Source of the DNA: Felis catus
Lineage: Eukaryota
DNA length: 64,000 bases
Reading direction: 5' to 3'
Assembly (NCBI RefSeq): GCF_018350175.1
Contig: NC_058370.1
Span: forward strand, 121,644,001 to 121,708,000
Shown: piece by piece, positions 24,908-38,150 of the stretch
Position numbering within the stretch: position 1 is the stretch's first letter
Layout: each line of letters opens with the position of its first letter
Notes under the pieces: generated by a model
Seen by the model: only the letters and a program-made list of their open reading frames with translations
Database searches by the model: none
Told to the model about the DNA's origin: nothing
Made by a program: the position numbers and the translations under genes

Positions 24908-25912
24908 TCCAAAAGCAAGTTGGAAAGCCTGGGACTGGGATAACTGGGGTGTGTGTGGGGGTGTGAGTCTCAGCAGAGGTGGTTTCTGGAAATTTCTGTA
25001 GTTCCCAGGAGTGCAGCCAGAGCCCAACCAGGTTTGGGGTGAAGGATGTGGTGGGGTGGGGGGCAGAGATAGCTGTCCACCAGGGACAGTCACAGAAGCT
25101 CCAAGAGGCCACAAGGGGCATCTGTGGGCTTCTCTTTGGGGAAGGCCGTGGTCTTCGTGACTTCTAACAGAAGCTGACCCAGTGTCCCAGCGGTGGGGGG
25201 GGGGGGGGGAAGAGGGGGGGAGGGGCATCGCCCTCACTGGGCCTCTCTGAGCAGCTGGAACAGCCGGCACGGGCGGATGGAGGGGATGGCCATGGCTGAC
25301 AGCACTTATTGGGTCTTTGATGCACAATGCCTATGACAAACAGCACCTGCTTGGGGCTGGGAGGAGCCGTATCCCATTAGGACCTGTAGGCTGCACTGAG
25401 CTAATTGCATTAGGCTGCACTTTATCTCTGGCCTGCATTTCAGAAGCTTTGCTTCTGTGAACAGAGCAGGAAACAAAGGGAAAGAGTGAATCTCCTGAGG
25501 AAAGAACAATTCAATGGACAAGATTCCTTCTCAGAGGCCCCTGCCCCATTTTTGTCTGTGGGACAGATGGGAGCTTGGTTGGGGTTGGCTGTGATGGTGG
25601 GGGTGGGGGTGGAGGGGGGGAAGGGTGTTGTGGCGGAGGCTGGGGATTTAGCCACACTCACCCATCAGGAACTCATGGAACAGAAGTGTGGCTTCTCTAA
25701 ACAGCTTTCCAGTGTGCCCTGTCTGCAAGCCTCCTCTGCATTCCCAGGTTCCCCTGGGTGCTAGGGGGCTCAGAGGTGCAGAGGTGGCTTCCCGTAACCG
25801 GCGGCATCCGAAAGGGAAGGAGCCTGTGCCTTGTCCTATTCAGGGCCCTGGGTGGGGGTGAAGTTTGAGTGGTGACACTCCAGCCTCCTGGGGCACCCTC
25901 CTTCACTGACAG

Positions 25913-25945
25913 TGCAGAGACCCGACCTGCCAGTAGGGGGCGCTG
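25913..25945 (+). promoter_or_regulatory. Predicted CTCF binding site
   Basis: Core tgCCAGTAGGGGGCGCtg (25928-25945) matches CCASYAGRKGGCRS. TGCAG at 25913-25917 is at the spacing expected for the upstream motif. Confidence 0.65.
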
Positions 25946-28900
25946 CAGCCCCTCTCTGCTGCACCCTGGCAGGTGGGCAAGAGATGTGCTTCCTGGAGGC
26001 TTCACAGGCCAGAGGTAGGTGTGGTTTTCAGGGTCCTCCCACCCTTGCCATTTCTTCCCTGCTGAATCAGAATCCGTGCCCCCAACCTGGTGCTTTGACA
26101 GGGTAGGGAAGGGCTCTGGAAACTTGGAGGCTCTGGTCCGGGGCCCTTACATCAGACATTGCCACCAGGAGACGGGGTGGGGGTCTCCTCCTCCAGAGTG
26201 GGTAACCAGATTCTGAACTCTAAAACTTCAGGAGTTCCTGTTTCTGCCCTAAAATTGGGGGTGGGGTCCTGGACTTGAAAAACCGCACACTTTTTCAAGG
26301 GCTTAGTCCCTTGGCTCTAAGACACTCCTGCCAGGTTGTTCACTTGCGCATTTGCTGGTTAGTTAGTGTGTTCAGTAAACAAGCACTGGGCTGCTGCTCG
26401 GTGCTTGCCCAAGGCCCTGGGGACCAGATGACTGACACTCAGCCCCTGCTTCCTGCCAGGCCCAGGCCCAGGCCCCAGGGGACATGATGACTGAGGCTCA
26501 GCCCTGCCCTCAGGAGGCTGCTGCCTGGGGAGCGCAGCCCTCAGCTGTGCAAACTGCCTCCGTTAGCCTCCAGAAGGAAGCCGGGTGCAGGGGGGCGCCC
26601 CGAGTGGCAGGGTGGGGGCAGATAACTGGGTGAGGCCCCAACAGGCCTGCTGTGTCTGTCATGAATAGTACAAGCAAACTCTTATGTACAAGCAAGCCAT
26701 TCTGCTGTGAGAAGGAAAACAGGGTCTCTCTTTTTTCTTCAAGAAAGATAAATAAGGCCACTCATTCTAATCGGCCCAAGCAACTTCTGAAGCTATGAGC
26801 AAGTCACAGCTCAGAAATTTCTATTTATTTCTTTAAAACAACGAAATGAACATTCCTTTCTCTACTCCCTCCAGAAAAAAACTGGACACGCTTGTGCACT
26901 TTGCCAGGCGCCTGGGCGCCCAGGTCAGGGAGGAATGTTGTAGCCGGGGATGTGAGTCAGCTTGGCCAGGCCAGAGCCCTTCCTCCCGCAAGGGGCTCCA
27001 GGCCCAAAGTAAACACATAGTCCCCAAATTCTAGAGGCTTCTGGGGCATCGCGTGCGGGTCCATGGCTCCAGCTCTGAAGTCAGCTCCTGTTAAGACTTT
27101 CTCCCTTGGTCCAGAGTCCCCAAAGTTCTGTGACTCCACTAAAGGCTTTCCAGGTCTCTCCCACCCTGAACAGGTTGCCCAAGTTCCCCTTCTTGCCAGG
27201 GGGTTGCCAGCACAAGAATGCCACAGAACTCCCCCTGCCCCCAGGAGAACAGCCCAGGCCAGGGGAGGAAGGCAGGGCTGAGGGAGCCCCCTCCCACTGC
27301 ATAATCTGGGTTATCAGCGAAGCCACCCAGACATCTGGCCTTTTGCCAGTGTTCCTGGCCATGCTTCTGCTCCCTGATATGATGACACTGGGCAGAGAGA
27401 GGCAGATGAGGAGAGCCCTCCTTCTGCCTGGTGCTGCGGAGTGGCCCTGTCTGCCCATCACCGGGCTGGGCAGGCTTCTCTCTGCTTCCCTCTAATGAGA
27501 TGCTAATAGGATGCATCATTAACGCAGCAGCTTTTAAACCCCGAGCTCTTGTAAATTTTCAAAGGTCACATTTTTACGGCAGCTGACAGCATCCTGCTTC
27601 TTTCAGCGACTGAAGAACACTAAAGACCCCGATGCTTTATGGAGGAAGCTCTCTGTGAGGCGGCAGCGCGGGCTGAGGCACCTGCTGGTCCGGGGGCTGG
27701 GAACCTCCACCCTGCGACAAGACTCACAGGGCCTCTGGGTGGTGCTCTGCCGGCTTGGAGGAGAACCAGTTACACATCGCCACAGAGCCACCCCCGGGGG
27801 CCCTGCTCTGTTTAGGGGAAGGAGTGCACAGTGCAAAGATGCTTGCTAGAGGGGGTTGGGGGGCACCATGGGCTCACCAGGCGGTTCACCCACGAGGCTG
27901 CGACCGCCCAGAGGGGCTACTTTCTGCTCATTTGTCCACCCAGAGGAAGTACCTTTTTCTACTTTGCACAAAGGTGCCATGTAAGTGAGCAGCATCCCAG
28001 GTGGTCAGGAAGGTTTGAAAGATGATGGGATGGAGCTCGCCCGGGCCCTCACATGCCCGCTTGTTCTTGGACCCACGTGTTGTGCACACGACAGTCGCAG
28101 TCTCTGCACACTGCCTTGCGGGGTGAGGTGCACTGACCCTGTACCGGCGAGCCAGCTCCGCGAGAACACGCACCCGGCACAGCGCTCGGCCTGTCGTGGG
28201 GCGCAGGGAGTGAATGAAGAGGCCGTGTCTCTGAGCTACGGTGTTGGCCAATAATAGGAGCATCCGGTACTGTTGCAAAGGCTACATGAGTGCACGGAGT
28301 GTGCTCCGGAAGAGCGAGCCACATCACGGAACAGAGATGTGAAAGGGCTCCGTGCACTTGGAAAACTTGGAATCAATGAGTTCCCCTTACTGGGGAGATG
28401 AGGTTCCAGACCGTGGGGCCTTGTGTGTTGGGCCCCCCAATGCCATTGGCTTGAATGCTGCCACGGGCTGCTCGGAGGCCTAGTGCCTGCCTCCCCTGGC
28501 TCCCTTCCACGTGCCTGAGTGGGGTGCAAGTACTGAGGTTGGTGCCTCCCTCTGTGGGGCTGGGGGATTGCCTGGAGAAGCTAGGGCTCAGTCCCTTCCT
28601 CTCTGCGCCCAAAGAGGTCAGAGGAGGGTGAATCAATGGACTCTGGAAGTCAGGGGGTGCTTCCCGGAGGAAGGGAGCTGGCACTGCGCCACAAAAGCCA
28701 GGCAGATTCACTAAGGGAGATAGATTCGGGCCAAAGTCGCTACCAAGGACCTTACAGCAACTAGCATGTTTCCAGCCTGGATACATTTGACAGAGCCAGG
28801 CTCCAGAGTCCACTTCGGGGTTCAAGTGGCCTCCTCTGGGGGGACTGACAATGCCACCACCCATGTCCATCTCCTGCAGACTGGAACCTGCGAGCCTTGA

Positions 28901-29289
28901 CATTCTTGTCACTTGTGTGGTGCTGATGGGGCTGGCAGGGACGGCCTTCTGCTGAGCGTCACTGAGCACAGCTGGCCCCATCCCTCACAGCAGCGAGCCT
29001 CCTCCCCTCAAGGGAGCCCGGAGTCCCCCAGCCCTCATCTCACCAGTATCCACTGGTGCTCCTGGCCTAGAGTGATAGCCAAGCTTAGCTCCTGCCCTCG
29101 AGACATCTACACCAGCAGGATGGGGTAGGTCTGCACCAGGGACCCATGAGGACGACATAGGCTGGGAGAGTGGCCGCAAGGAACACACCCAAGATGCTAC
29201 GACACTATGCCAGCTGGGGGCCAAGCCTTTTAAGGGATTCTCAGCCTCTTCCTGGGTCTCTCGGATCCCCTGGTCAGAGGAATACCACC

Positions 29290-29440
29290 ACGTGACTCTT
29301 AGTCAACACCACGGAAGCAGCAGATGGTCCGGCCAAGACCTCTCAGAGTTTCTGTGCACAAATTTGTGAGATACTATGAACCATCGTTTAAAGCCACTGC
29401 AGGGCGGTGGGGGTGGGGGTGTGTGGAAACATACACGGTC
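29290..29440 (+). mobile_element. Possible old MaLR (MLT1) LTR 3' fragment
   Basis: aaatttgtgagatactatgaaccatcgtttaaagccactg resembles the MLT1 3' end. Confidence 0.4.
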
Positions 29441-30648
29441 TACTGTGTATATTGCAAAACAGCAAAAGACCAAAAAGTCATCTGTGTGTTGCTGTTGACG
29501 TACATACGCATATGTATCCTCTGTGTTCCAGAGAGGATGCTCCCAGCAAGACTACAGTGGGGACTGTAATTCCATACATGCTGAAGCTAAAGCTGGGGTA
29601 GCCTCTCCCCAGGCACACCCCGGGCTGGGTGGTGGGGGGAGGGGGCCTTGGGTGAAACCGACAAGCCACAGGGAGGACAACAGGGTGGGCAACCTGGGGC
29701 TGACTGTGCTCTGAGCTTGACCTACAGCCTTGTTTTGCCTCATGACTCCCCATAATTTCCTGATTTGGAAAAGACAAGCTCTGGTGTGGCTCCCTGAGAA
29801 CCACTGGACTGGATTTTTGGGGCCCCCTTCTGCCGAAGCACTGCGGACCTGGCCTGAGCCCCTCAGCGGGACTCTGGCGTCTTCTCTGGCTGCCCTGCAC
29901 CTCTGCCACACCCCCCATCTTGAGGTGGGAGCTGGAAGACTTGCTCTGCCAGCTTCCCTTGCAGCTCCATTTCCAGGTGTGTGCCCTGCTGCTCAGACAC
30001 TCTGGGGTGAGGTTCCCCGTCCGGAAGCTGGGCGACGTGAGGAAGCCAGCACGGCTCCATGCTCCGCAGAGGCTGGTGGCAGAGACCCACGGATTTGGGA
30101 GCACACAGATGATGGAGGCTCTGGTGTCCCAGGCACAGCATCAGCCGTGGAAGCTGTCATCTCCTTTCCCTTCTTACTCTGGAGGATGCTCGGGGCAGGA
30201 GTCGGTTCCCACACAGCTCCCAGCAGAAGTGAAGATGCACCTCTGATCACCAGGCCCTGGGCCGTCATGGGGAATCACAGTGGCTCTAGGACTGCACACG
30301 GCAGGGCAGGCCACTCGCTGCAAGGACTGGGTGTCTCACTTCCTTTTCAGGCATCAGTCCCTCCGCAGGGCACTGAGGCTCTGCATGGTGTTGCATCCAC
30401 CTGTGGGGACTGACTCCCTGGGGCTCTTGCATCACAAAGGTGAGGCCCTATGAAGGCAAGTTTTGCTTGAAGAATGGTGTTCCGATGTTGGAAATCCAGT
30501 TTTGGGAAGAAGACATTTTGGCGTCTGGGGTTTTTAGACTATAGCTTCTGCGTTTCTAGCTAGACTGTTGGCATTCTAGGACCAGCAGGTTGTCAGCAAG
30601 AGGACTGGTTCCAAGATCACACAGGTAGAGCGTTGACCACGTCTAACA

Positions 30649-30817
30649 TAGGGGTTCTCCAACGTGAGCGCGTGTGTGGGTTAGGAATGCGGGTTTCTGG
30701 ACCCACCCCAGAGCTTTTGATTCGGTAGGTCTGGGACAGGGGGCCCCTAAAGGTGGTGGTTTGACAAGTGTATCAGGTGATGTAGGAGTTCTACCGACCC
30801 CACTCTGGCAAGCGATG
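30649..30817. mobile_element. MER5A (hAT-Charlie) DNA transposon relic
   Basis: ggttctccaacgtgagcg...ctggacccaccccagagcttttgattcggtaggtctggg...caggtgatg. Confidence 0.75.
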
Positions 30818-31859
30818 ACAGTCTTGATATTCAAGTTTGCAGGCCTCTGGGCCCGAACGTGGGGAAACTTAGGGGCTGGAAACTGCCAGGCGGGTCCTGA
30901 ATGGGACAGATTTTGAGGTCCTGCTCATGTGCCTCATGGGAACCGGCTACTTGGTGACACTGTCTTCATGGACCCCTGGTCCCAGCCTAGGTTTCAAGGG
31001 GTCAGAAGGACATTTTGTCAGATGCTAAAGCTATAAATCTGTGGCCTCTGGGAAGAGCAAATGACATTTATGGGTCTCTCAGTTCTTCATTTCATGATTG
31101 CTACTGAACTACATACGAGAATAATCACAGTCAAATCCCCACTTGGGGCTAGGGGACGCTCTCCGGAGCCCCTCCTGCTCTCATGAATGAGGCTGCCCTC
31201 TCTGGCCCCCTGGACCCCGGCCGGCGCCCTCGGCCTCCCCTTCAGAGCACCACCATAATGTGNNNNNNNNNNNNNNNNNNNNNNNNNNNNNNNNNNNNNN
31301 NNNNNNNNNNNNNNNNNNNNNNNNNNNNNNNNNNNNNNNNNNNNNNNNNNNNNNNNNNNNNNNNNNNNNNNNNNNNNNNNNNNNNNNNNNNNNNNNNNNN
31401 NNNNNNNNNNNNNNNNNNNNNNNNNNNNNNNNNNNNNNNNNNNNNNNNNNNNNNNNNNNNNNNNNNNNNNNNNNNNNNNNNNNNNNNNNNNNNNNNNNNN
31501 NNNNNNNNNNNNNNNNNNNNNNGGGAGGGGGCAAGTGTTCCTGCCAGGATCCTGGGTGGTGGGGAGAGGGTGTGATGGGGGAGGGGTAAGACACCATGGT
31601 AAGGAGTGACCCCAGGGGACAGCTTGGTGAGGGCAGCCATGTGCTGGGTTGCTGGGGATAGGACTGGAGGCCAGTGGCCAGCCTCTAACGTGGCCTCGTG
31701 ATTCCAGGCTTTGTGCCCAGCCCCGAGGGTCACCTGCAACCACTGACCACTTCCTGTGCCTTCTCTCTCACGGGTCACCACAGGGACCCAACCAGCTCAG
31801 CCATAAACACATGCCAGGCACAGATGAGCTAGAGCTGCCTGGACTGCCTCTATCCTCAC

Positions 31860-32040
31860 GGCTCACGTTTATCGAGCGCCTCCTACATGCCAGGCACAGG
31901 CACGGTAAGATTTCCTTCCACAAGGTGTTTTCACCTTTATTTTACAGAAGAGAGTGATAGGACCCGGAGAAGTTCTGCAATAGCTAGAGTAGGCCGACTC
32001 GGTACGGTGACTCATGTCTATTCTATCCTTAGAGCCTCCG
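31860..32040 (-). mobile_element. MIR SINE relic
   Basis: tttatcgagcgcctcctacatgccaggcac...tattttacagaagagag. Confidence 0.6.
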
Positions 32041-32139
32041 AAGTGATCTGGGATGGGTGGAATGTTCCAGACCACCCGGCTCCAGCCCCCTCCTGCTGTG
32101 GCTGACAGCCCCACAAACTGGTTTAGCCATATCAAGGCT

Positions 32140-32930
32140 TCATCCGCAGTACCCTTTTGGGGTAACACTTAGACCCTTCCCCTGTGCTCTGAGTACCAGC
32201 CATGGCCTCCCCTTACCCCCCTGTGTCCAGCCCAGCTGAGCCTCCTGCTCTGACCCTGACAGCATGCTGGGCTTCCCTCATGTCTCCTGCTGCCTCAGAC
32301 TCCCTAGACCCTAAGCTACCACCGACGTGTTCCCCCAACCCCTGCCAGTGTTGTCTTGACACTGTCCACTGGGGCCAGTTCTTCAGTGTCAGAGCAGGGG
32401 TGGTACAGACACCTCTCCTCTCCAAAGTGTGCTGCAGGGTCCACCGTCACGTCCCTTCTGTCCCCAGCTCTCTCTTCCCTCCCTCTGGTCATCAGGCCTT
32501 GGCTCTCCAACATGGGGACTGAAAACTCGATGTCTGACCACTTCACCTGCCATTCCAGCATCCATCCGTGTTCTTTCATGGTCCTCCCCTCCATGGGATT
32601 CCGGATGCCTTGGCTTTCCTGCTTACCTCTGTCGACCTCCACACTTCAGTGCGGCCGTCCCTTCTCCGCCTTCCTCCTTCTCGAAACTCCCTTCCCTTCC
32701 CTTTCTGTGACAATGCTTTTCCTGGTTTTCTACCTAAACCTCTTCTGTGCCGATCATTTCTTCTCTGGTCAGTTCTCTGACATGGACATGCCCCAGGGCT
32801 CAGGCCAGGCCCCCTCTCTCAGGTCTGTTTGGGCCTTAGCTTCAGTCACAATTATCTTTCAGATAGGAAGCATCTGCACAGTGGCCCTCGTTTCTGATAG
32901 AACCCAGCTTCCTATAGTATTCTGGGAGTA
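32140..32930 (+). mobile_element. L2 LINE internal relic
   Basis: Pyrimidine-rich stretch with ctccttctcgaaactccc...ttcctggttttc...gccccagggctcagg, typical of L2 ORF2 decay. Confidence 0.5.
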
Positions 32931-35329
32931 CATTTGCTTTTTTCCTTTCCCCACATCAAAGTCTATACCTTGGAGACATTCCTGCTAAAAGTGCAGCTCA
33001 GACGGCTGCCCTCACGGACGTAAAGCAGCCGCGGCTGGCGCTCGTGTTGGGGCTGTGCTCTCTCACGTGCCCTGTCTAGGCCCCCAGCCCCTTCCTCCGG
33101 CCCCCCCCCCGCCCCCACCCCACGGATGGGCCTTGTGGACAAAAGACATGATAAATCTGGCAGAACCTTATAACTCAGAGCTTTCAACTTGCCTCTAACA
33201 ACTTTCAACTGAAAACTTCTTAGTCCCATTTCCAAGTTACTTTTCATCCATTACAAAACCCACAAAATTTTCAAAGGGGCTTTGAAATAAGATCACCTAG
33301 AAAAAAAAAAAGCCCATCACAAATGAAAGTCTTTGAAAAGAAAGAGGCCCTTTCCTGTGCTTCAGTTCCCTGTGATATCAGTTTCCCTTTCATTCTGCTG
33401 AAAGGTGCAGGGCAGGCCGGGCCCTCAGCAGACGCCTGTGATGTGATGGAGCGAGTGGCCCAGACGGACAGACGGGGACGAGGAGGAGAACGAGGGGCAC
33501 CTGCTCGCAGAGCTGGGATGGGCCTTTCATCGTCCCCCCGGCAGCCGTAACCCGCGTGGCCCGCTCAGAGGCCCAGCCGCCCCGCGTGTCCCCGCTCACC
33601 TTGGCATTGGTGGCGACGCAGCTCCCTCTGGAGCAAGGCGACCTGTCTTCATTCTTAACACCAAAGTGGGCGGGAAGGGAGGCATGGCAGGAGCAGCCTG
33701 GCTCTGGCCTTTGATGGGACATTTCCCAATGCCAGCCCTGCAGGCAGCGACACTCGGGGACCACCCCTCAACCTCCCAGCCTCAGAGCCTGTGACACACC
33801 CATCCTCCCCAGGGTCAACTCCAGACTCAGATGCACATCAGATGCTAGCCATTTTGGAGGCTTTGTCATTCTCAGACTTGAAATCCTCAGTGGATCTGCT
33901 GAGAAAAGTCCTCTGTGAAGGGCAGCTGAGCCAGCAGTCGATGTGGGGATACGTGCGGGTCCCTTACTGAACCGTGTGCTGATCCGGCCTGGCCCTCAGA
34001 GGCCTGGGCCTTGAGAATCCAGTACTAATTTTGAGCCAGGCTCCCCGGACTTCCAGAGACGGTTCCCGACTACCCCAGGGGATGCAGAGGGCTCTTTCGT
34101 GCACCTTGGCTGGGGACCGGACTGGCCTCTCTGCCCCTTGAGGCCCTGCCAGGCCCTCCGTAGAAGGCATTCTAGGATTAACCAAGCCCTCCTTGAGTGC
34201 AGGACTCCCCTCAGAGCCAGAAGAACCCCAAAATAAGTACTGGCTGGCTGTCTGCAACTCTTCCTCAGGGTCCTTTCTTCAGCAAACACCTAACACTCCT
34301 TTTAAAACTCCTGCAGTCTACCCTTCGAGTCTCGGGCCTCGGCGGAGCATTCCTTATTTTTTCCCACAGACAAAGGCCTGCCAGGGAGAGGGGACAGTTC
34401 TAAGTTCTAAAGCCCTGTGCCGTGTGACTCACACAGCCGACTCTGAGCACGAAGTTAACTGAGAGCTCGGCAAGGCGGTCCTGACACAGAGACGTCTTTA
34501 GCGACCTCATTAGAGCCTTAACAAGAGAGGGGATTGTGGCAGGGTCACCCCAAGGTCAGGCAGGACAATGCAACAAACAACGCAGCACAAATGTCCCTGT
34601 GAGGCAGCTCCTCAGGCGGGTGGCAGAGCCGAAGGAGCTAAGATAGCTTTACTGCCGGGACTTCAAGACTCACCGAAGCAAGTCCACCCGAGCGTGTGCC
34701 TCAGGACTGGAGCCTGGCTTCTGATGCGGTACGGGACTGACCAGCTCTGCGGTGGAATGTTCCAGAAGCACACAATGAGGGACTCAGTTAACATCTTCCC
34801 AGCTCCCTGGTCCTCTGTCTCTCTGCTTTCTGCCTCCACAGGCTCTCTGTCATGAGAACGATGTGCAGCCAGGCAGGGTCCTGAGGGAGAGGAGTGCCCT
34901 CTGGCCACAGTCCAGCTCGGATCCCTTAGTTCAGAATTGAGGTGGCTTGAGTGATTTTTTTTTTTTTTTTTTAAAGAAATGGCATCATTCAGCACCAGTC
35001 TGTCTCTTCAGAAAGTTTGCTGGGCAGACAGATTCTATCCAAATCACTGCAGGTCCAGGTGCAAGAGGGAAAGAGACACAGGGAAGTGGCCCTCTTGGGG
35101 AAGACAGGTTTCTGGTCCTCAGGAGTGGCACCGGAGGAGGAGCAGGGTGGTGGGTCAGAGAGCAGTGGGACAACCACAGTACTGTATGCTGGGGGGCTTA
35201 GACCTGGCTCACCATGGGGCCGGCTGAGAGATGGCATGCAGGGCCTGTGGCCACTTGCTCTGGATCCCTGGGTCAGGGAGAGCAGTCCAGACAAGCCCCC
35301 TCTGCTGATGCCCCTTCCTCAGCAGGGGC

Positions 35330-35625
35330 CCAGACTGCCTGGTCCCAGGCTTCCTTCCCTTCACTGTTGAGAGAGGCCTCCTCTCTGCCATGCTGTGCTG
35401 CCTGGCTACCACAGCTTCATCCATTGTATGCTGGGGCTCATTGGCAGAGAGAGAGAGAGAAAATTCTAGCCTCTCTTCTTATAAAGCCACTAATCCCTTT
35501 GTGGGGGCCCCACCCTCATGATCTCATCTAAATCTAGTTTTCTCTCAGAGTCCCCATCTCCAAATACCATCACGATGGAGGTTAGGTTTGTACCGCATAC
35601 GAATTCTAGGGGGACACAATTCTGT
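35330..35625 (-). mobile_element. MaLR LTR (MLT1C/D-like) fragment
   Basis: ctctcttcttataaagccactaatcc...ccccaccctcatgatctcatctaaa...ccatctccaaataccatcac...gaattctagggggacacaattc. Confidence 0.75.
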
Positions 35626-36279
35626 TGATTGCACTTGCGTAGCCTGCACACAATGGGTGTTCAGAAAATGCTGTCCGAACCTAGTGAAGCTCTGTCTGCC
35701 TGCTGTTTTTGGGCCCCACCTCGTCCACCAGAACTGGGGGGTATTTAATAGAGGGACATGCAAGGGCCTGACCAGCATATGGCGGGTCTGCCCACCAGCC
35801 TGAGCTCTAATTTTCGGATGGTTTGCTTTTTTCTCTCACAACATAATCTCCATGATCTCTAGTCTTTCCTGAATGCTGTTGAAAGGCTTGTCGTATTTAT
35901 CTCCGGAGAATCCGCCGTGCCCCTGTGCAATTTTCCATTGTCATGGTTCATTTTAATTTCCTCTAAGGCTGTTGGCCACTCTTGTGTTCAGAAATAGCTT
36001 GTTCCACTTAATAAAAGCGCTTAAATATGCAGACACGAGAAGTTTCCTTTGCTTGCTCCTAAATATCACAGTAAGTGGAGTGAGTTGCACGCCGAGCCTT
36101 ATGCAGTTAGGCTGAGCACACGCCAGGTGGCTTCCCAGGAAGGAGAAGCTTGGAATGAAAGGTGCAAGGGTAGAAACAGGATCCAAGAATTTCTAGGGGA
36201 AACCCAGCCAGCCTGGACGCCACGCATTGCATCGTCTGGCTGACAGCACACAGGTCTCCTGAAGCGCCTCCCCTCTCCA

Positions 36280-36525
36280 GAATGATCAGGGCTCTGAGTT
36301 CAAGGCCTGCTCCAGACCTCTAACTTACCCTATGACCTTGCACAAATCAGTTCACCCCTCAGAGTCCCTGCTTCTTCACCTATAAAGCTGGCCTGATAAT
36401 CCTGCTTCCAAGGACCAATTTTGGTGAGGAGTGGATGTCCTCTGTTTCCAGGGCCCTAGCACAGAAGCTGGGACAAATCAAAGGGCACACAGCTTTCAGC
36501 AAATGGCAGCTATTATTACTATTAG
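36280..36525 (+). mobile_element. MIR SINE relic
   Basis: ctgagttcaaggcctgctc...tatgaccttgcacaaatcagttcacccctcagag...cacctataaa. Confidence 0.65.
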
Positions 36526-37944
36526 CTCACTGGAATTGCAGGTCAAGGTCTTAGAGCTGTGATGGGCTTGTAGACCCAGATAGCCAGGGGCAGAGTCACA
36601 GGGCATCTTCTTTGGCTTAAATAACAATAATTAGGAACCAAGAGCCTAGGGTGACTGGTGGATGGGAATAGGAAGGAAGAGGCATGAGTCACTAACTTAA
36701 ACTTCTTGATAGAATGGCAGCTCGGGGAGGCCAGTTCTCACCCTCAGCAGGTGGTCCTCAGCAGGATGTGAAGCCTCCTGGCCCTACAGACAAACCCTAA
36801 GCTTAGCTCTGGGGTTGGGGTGAGGCAGGCAGGGCAACACAGCATCTGGGTCAGAAGCGCCCCAGAGAAGGATGTTCCAGAAAGCCACATGCCGCCCACC
36901 CTCAACACCAGTTTCTGCCCACAAGAGTCACCCCTGGGGGCTTTTCACGTCTGTAAATACCCACACCTAAGGCCGTCTCCTCCCACATCTTCACCCAGGG
37001 TCAGCTCTGGCATCATAACTTCTACTGCTCAGGCAGGGGGGTAGTTTAGAGATCCACGTGAGGTCACATACATAAGTTGAGAGCGGTGACCTGGACCTTG
37101 GTCACAGCCAGACTGTAGCTCTCCCCTTCCGCATCTATGTCCTTGTGAACACAAGACTCCAACCACCCACAGTGTGTGCATTCTACAACCCCGTTCCTGG
37201 ACAACACACGGGTTTACACATGTGTGCACGTTCTTGAAGATGCACAAGCGTGCACACACACACTCGCCTACTGACACACCAGGCCCACACACACGCCTTC
37301 TGTACAGCCCCAGCCTGCTCGGGCTTCGGGGGGATGCCGGCCCCCATGGGGCAGGAGACGCTAGCAGACTCTCCCTTCTTGCCCCACAGAATCTTTTTTT
37401 TTCTTCCACAGCTCTGAAACACGGAGTCCCCCATGGCCACTTTGAGCTTCCCTCCCAGACACTTTTTCCTAAATCAGCTTCCAATCTGACTCATTTCAGT
37501 TTTAAAACAAGAAAACATCAACAAACACGATGGAGGGAAACAGATGGTAACAATTACAGGAGGGAGAAAACAGAGCCGTTCCCTTTACAAGGGGCAGGCA
37601 AACATATTGTCCCCAGGCAGTGCATCGACCCCCAGCCACGCTGTATGAACCTGGGTGCCGGGCTCCCAGGGCCTGTGCCCATCACAGGGGACATAAGGGG
37701 TCATAAGGCCTCTGAGCACCGCAGGGCAGGTCTGCTGAACCTGGCAACAGCTAGTTCTCCAGGGAGGGAAGGATGGATGTTCCAGCACATACCAGACTAC
37801 CTCTACCTCTGACGTCCTGTCTAAGGCCCAAGATGTGGGTGGGACGCTTCCTCCCCTGCTGTGACTGACCCCGGCTGCCTCCTGACAACCACAGCAGCCT
37901 GCCTCACCTGCCAGAGCCCCTGAAGGAGGGCAGGATGGCGTCTC

Positions 37945-38150
37945 TCACTGTGGGTGGTGGCGAGAGCCAGGCTGCCTGGTCCAAATGCAAATCCCGCCAC
38001 TTATAAGTGGCCAAGCTAATGGACCTCTCTGTGCCATCATTTCCTTTCTCCTAAGATGGAGATAGTTCTAGAACCTACACGATAGGAGTTATGAATTAAT
38101 ATGTGCAAGGGACTTAGAAGCAGGCCTAACACACATGAGTGCTACGTGCA
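37945..38150 (+). mobile_element. MIR SINE relic
   Basis: aaatcccgccacttata...ctctctgtgccatcatttcctttctcctaagatggagatag. Confidence 0.6.

Noticed and set aside
24324-25327. Long Pro/Ser/Leu-rich and Arg/Glu/Gly-rich ORFs (up to 310 aa)
   Set aside because: Stop-free frames are a by-product of the GA low-complexity tract. No splice or domain support.
29478-30413. Overlapping ~210-230-aa ORFs on both strands (similar cases at 28373, 32356, 37174, 52168 and 62380)
   Set aside because: Expected by chance in GC-rich intronic DNA. No recognisable domain, and some overlap repeat relics.
34988-35005. REST/NRSE site (TTCAGCACC)
   Set aside because: Only the left half-site is present; there is no GGACAG right half at the canonical spacing.
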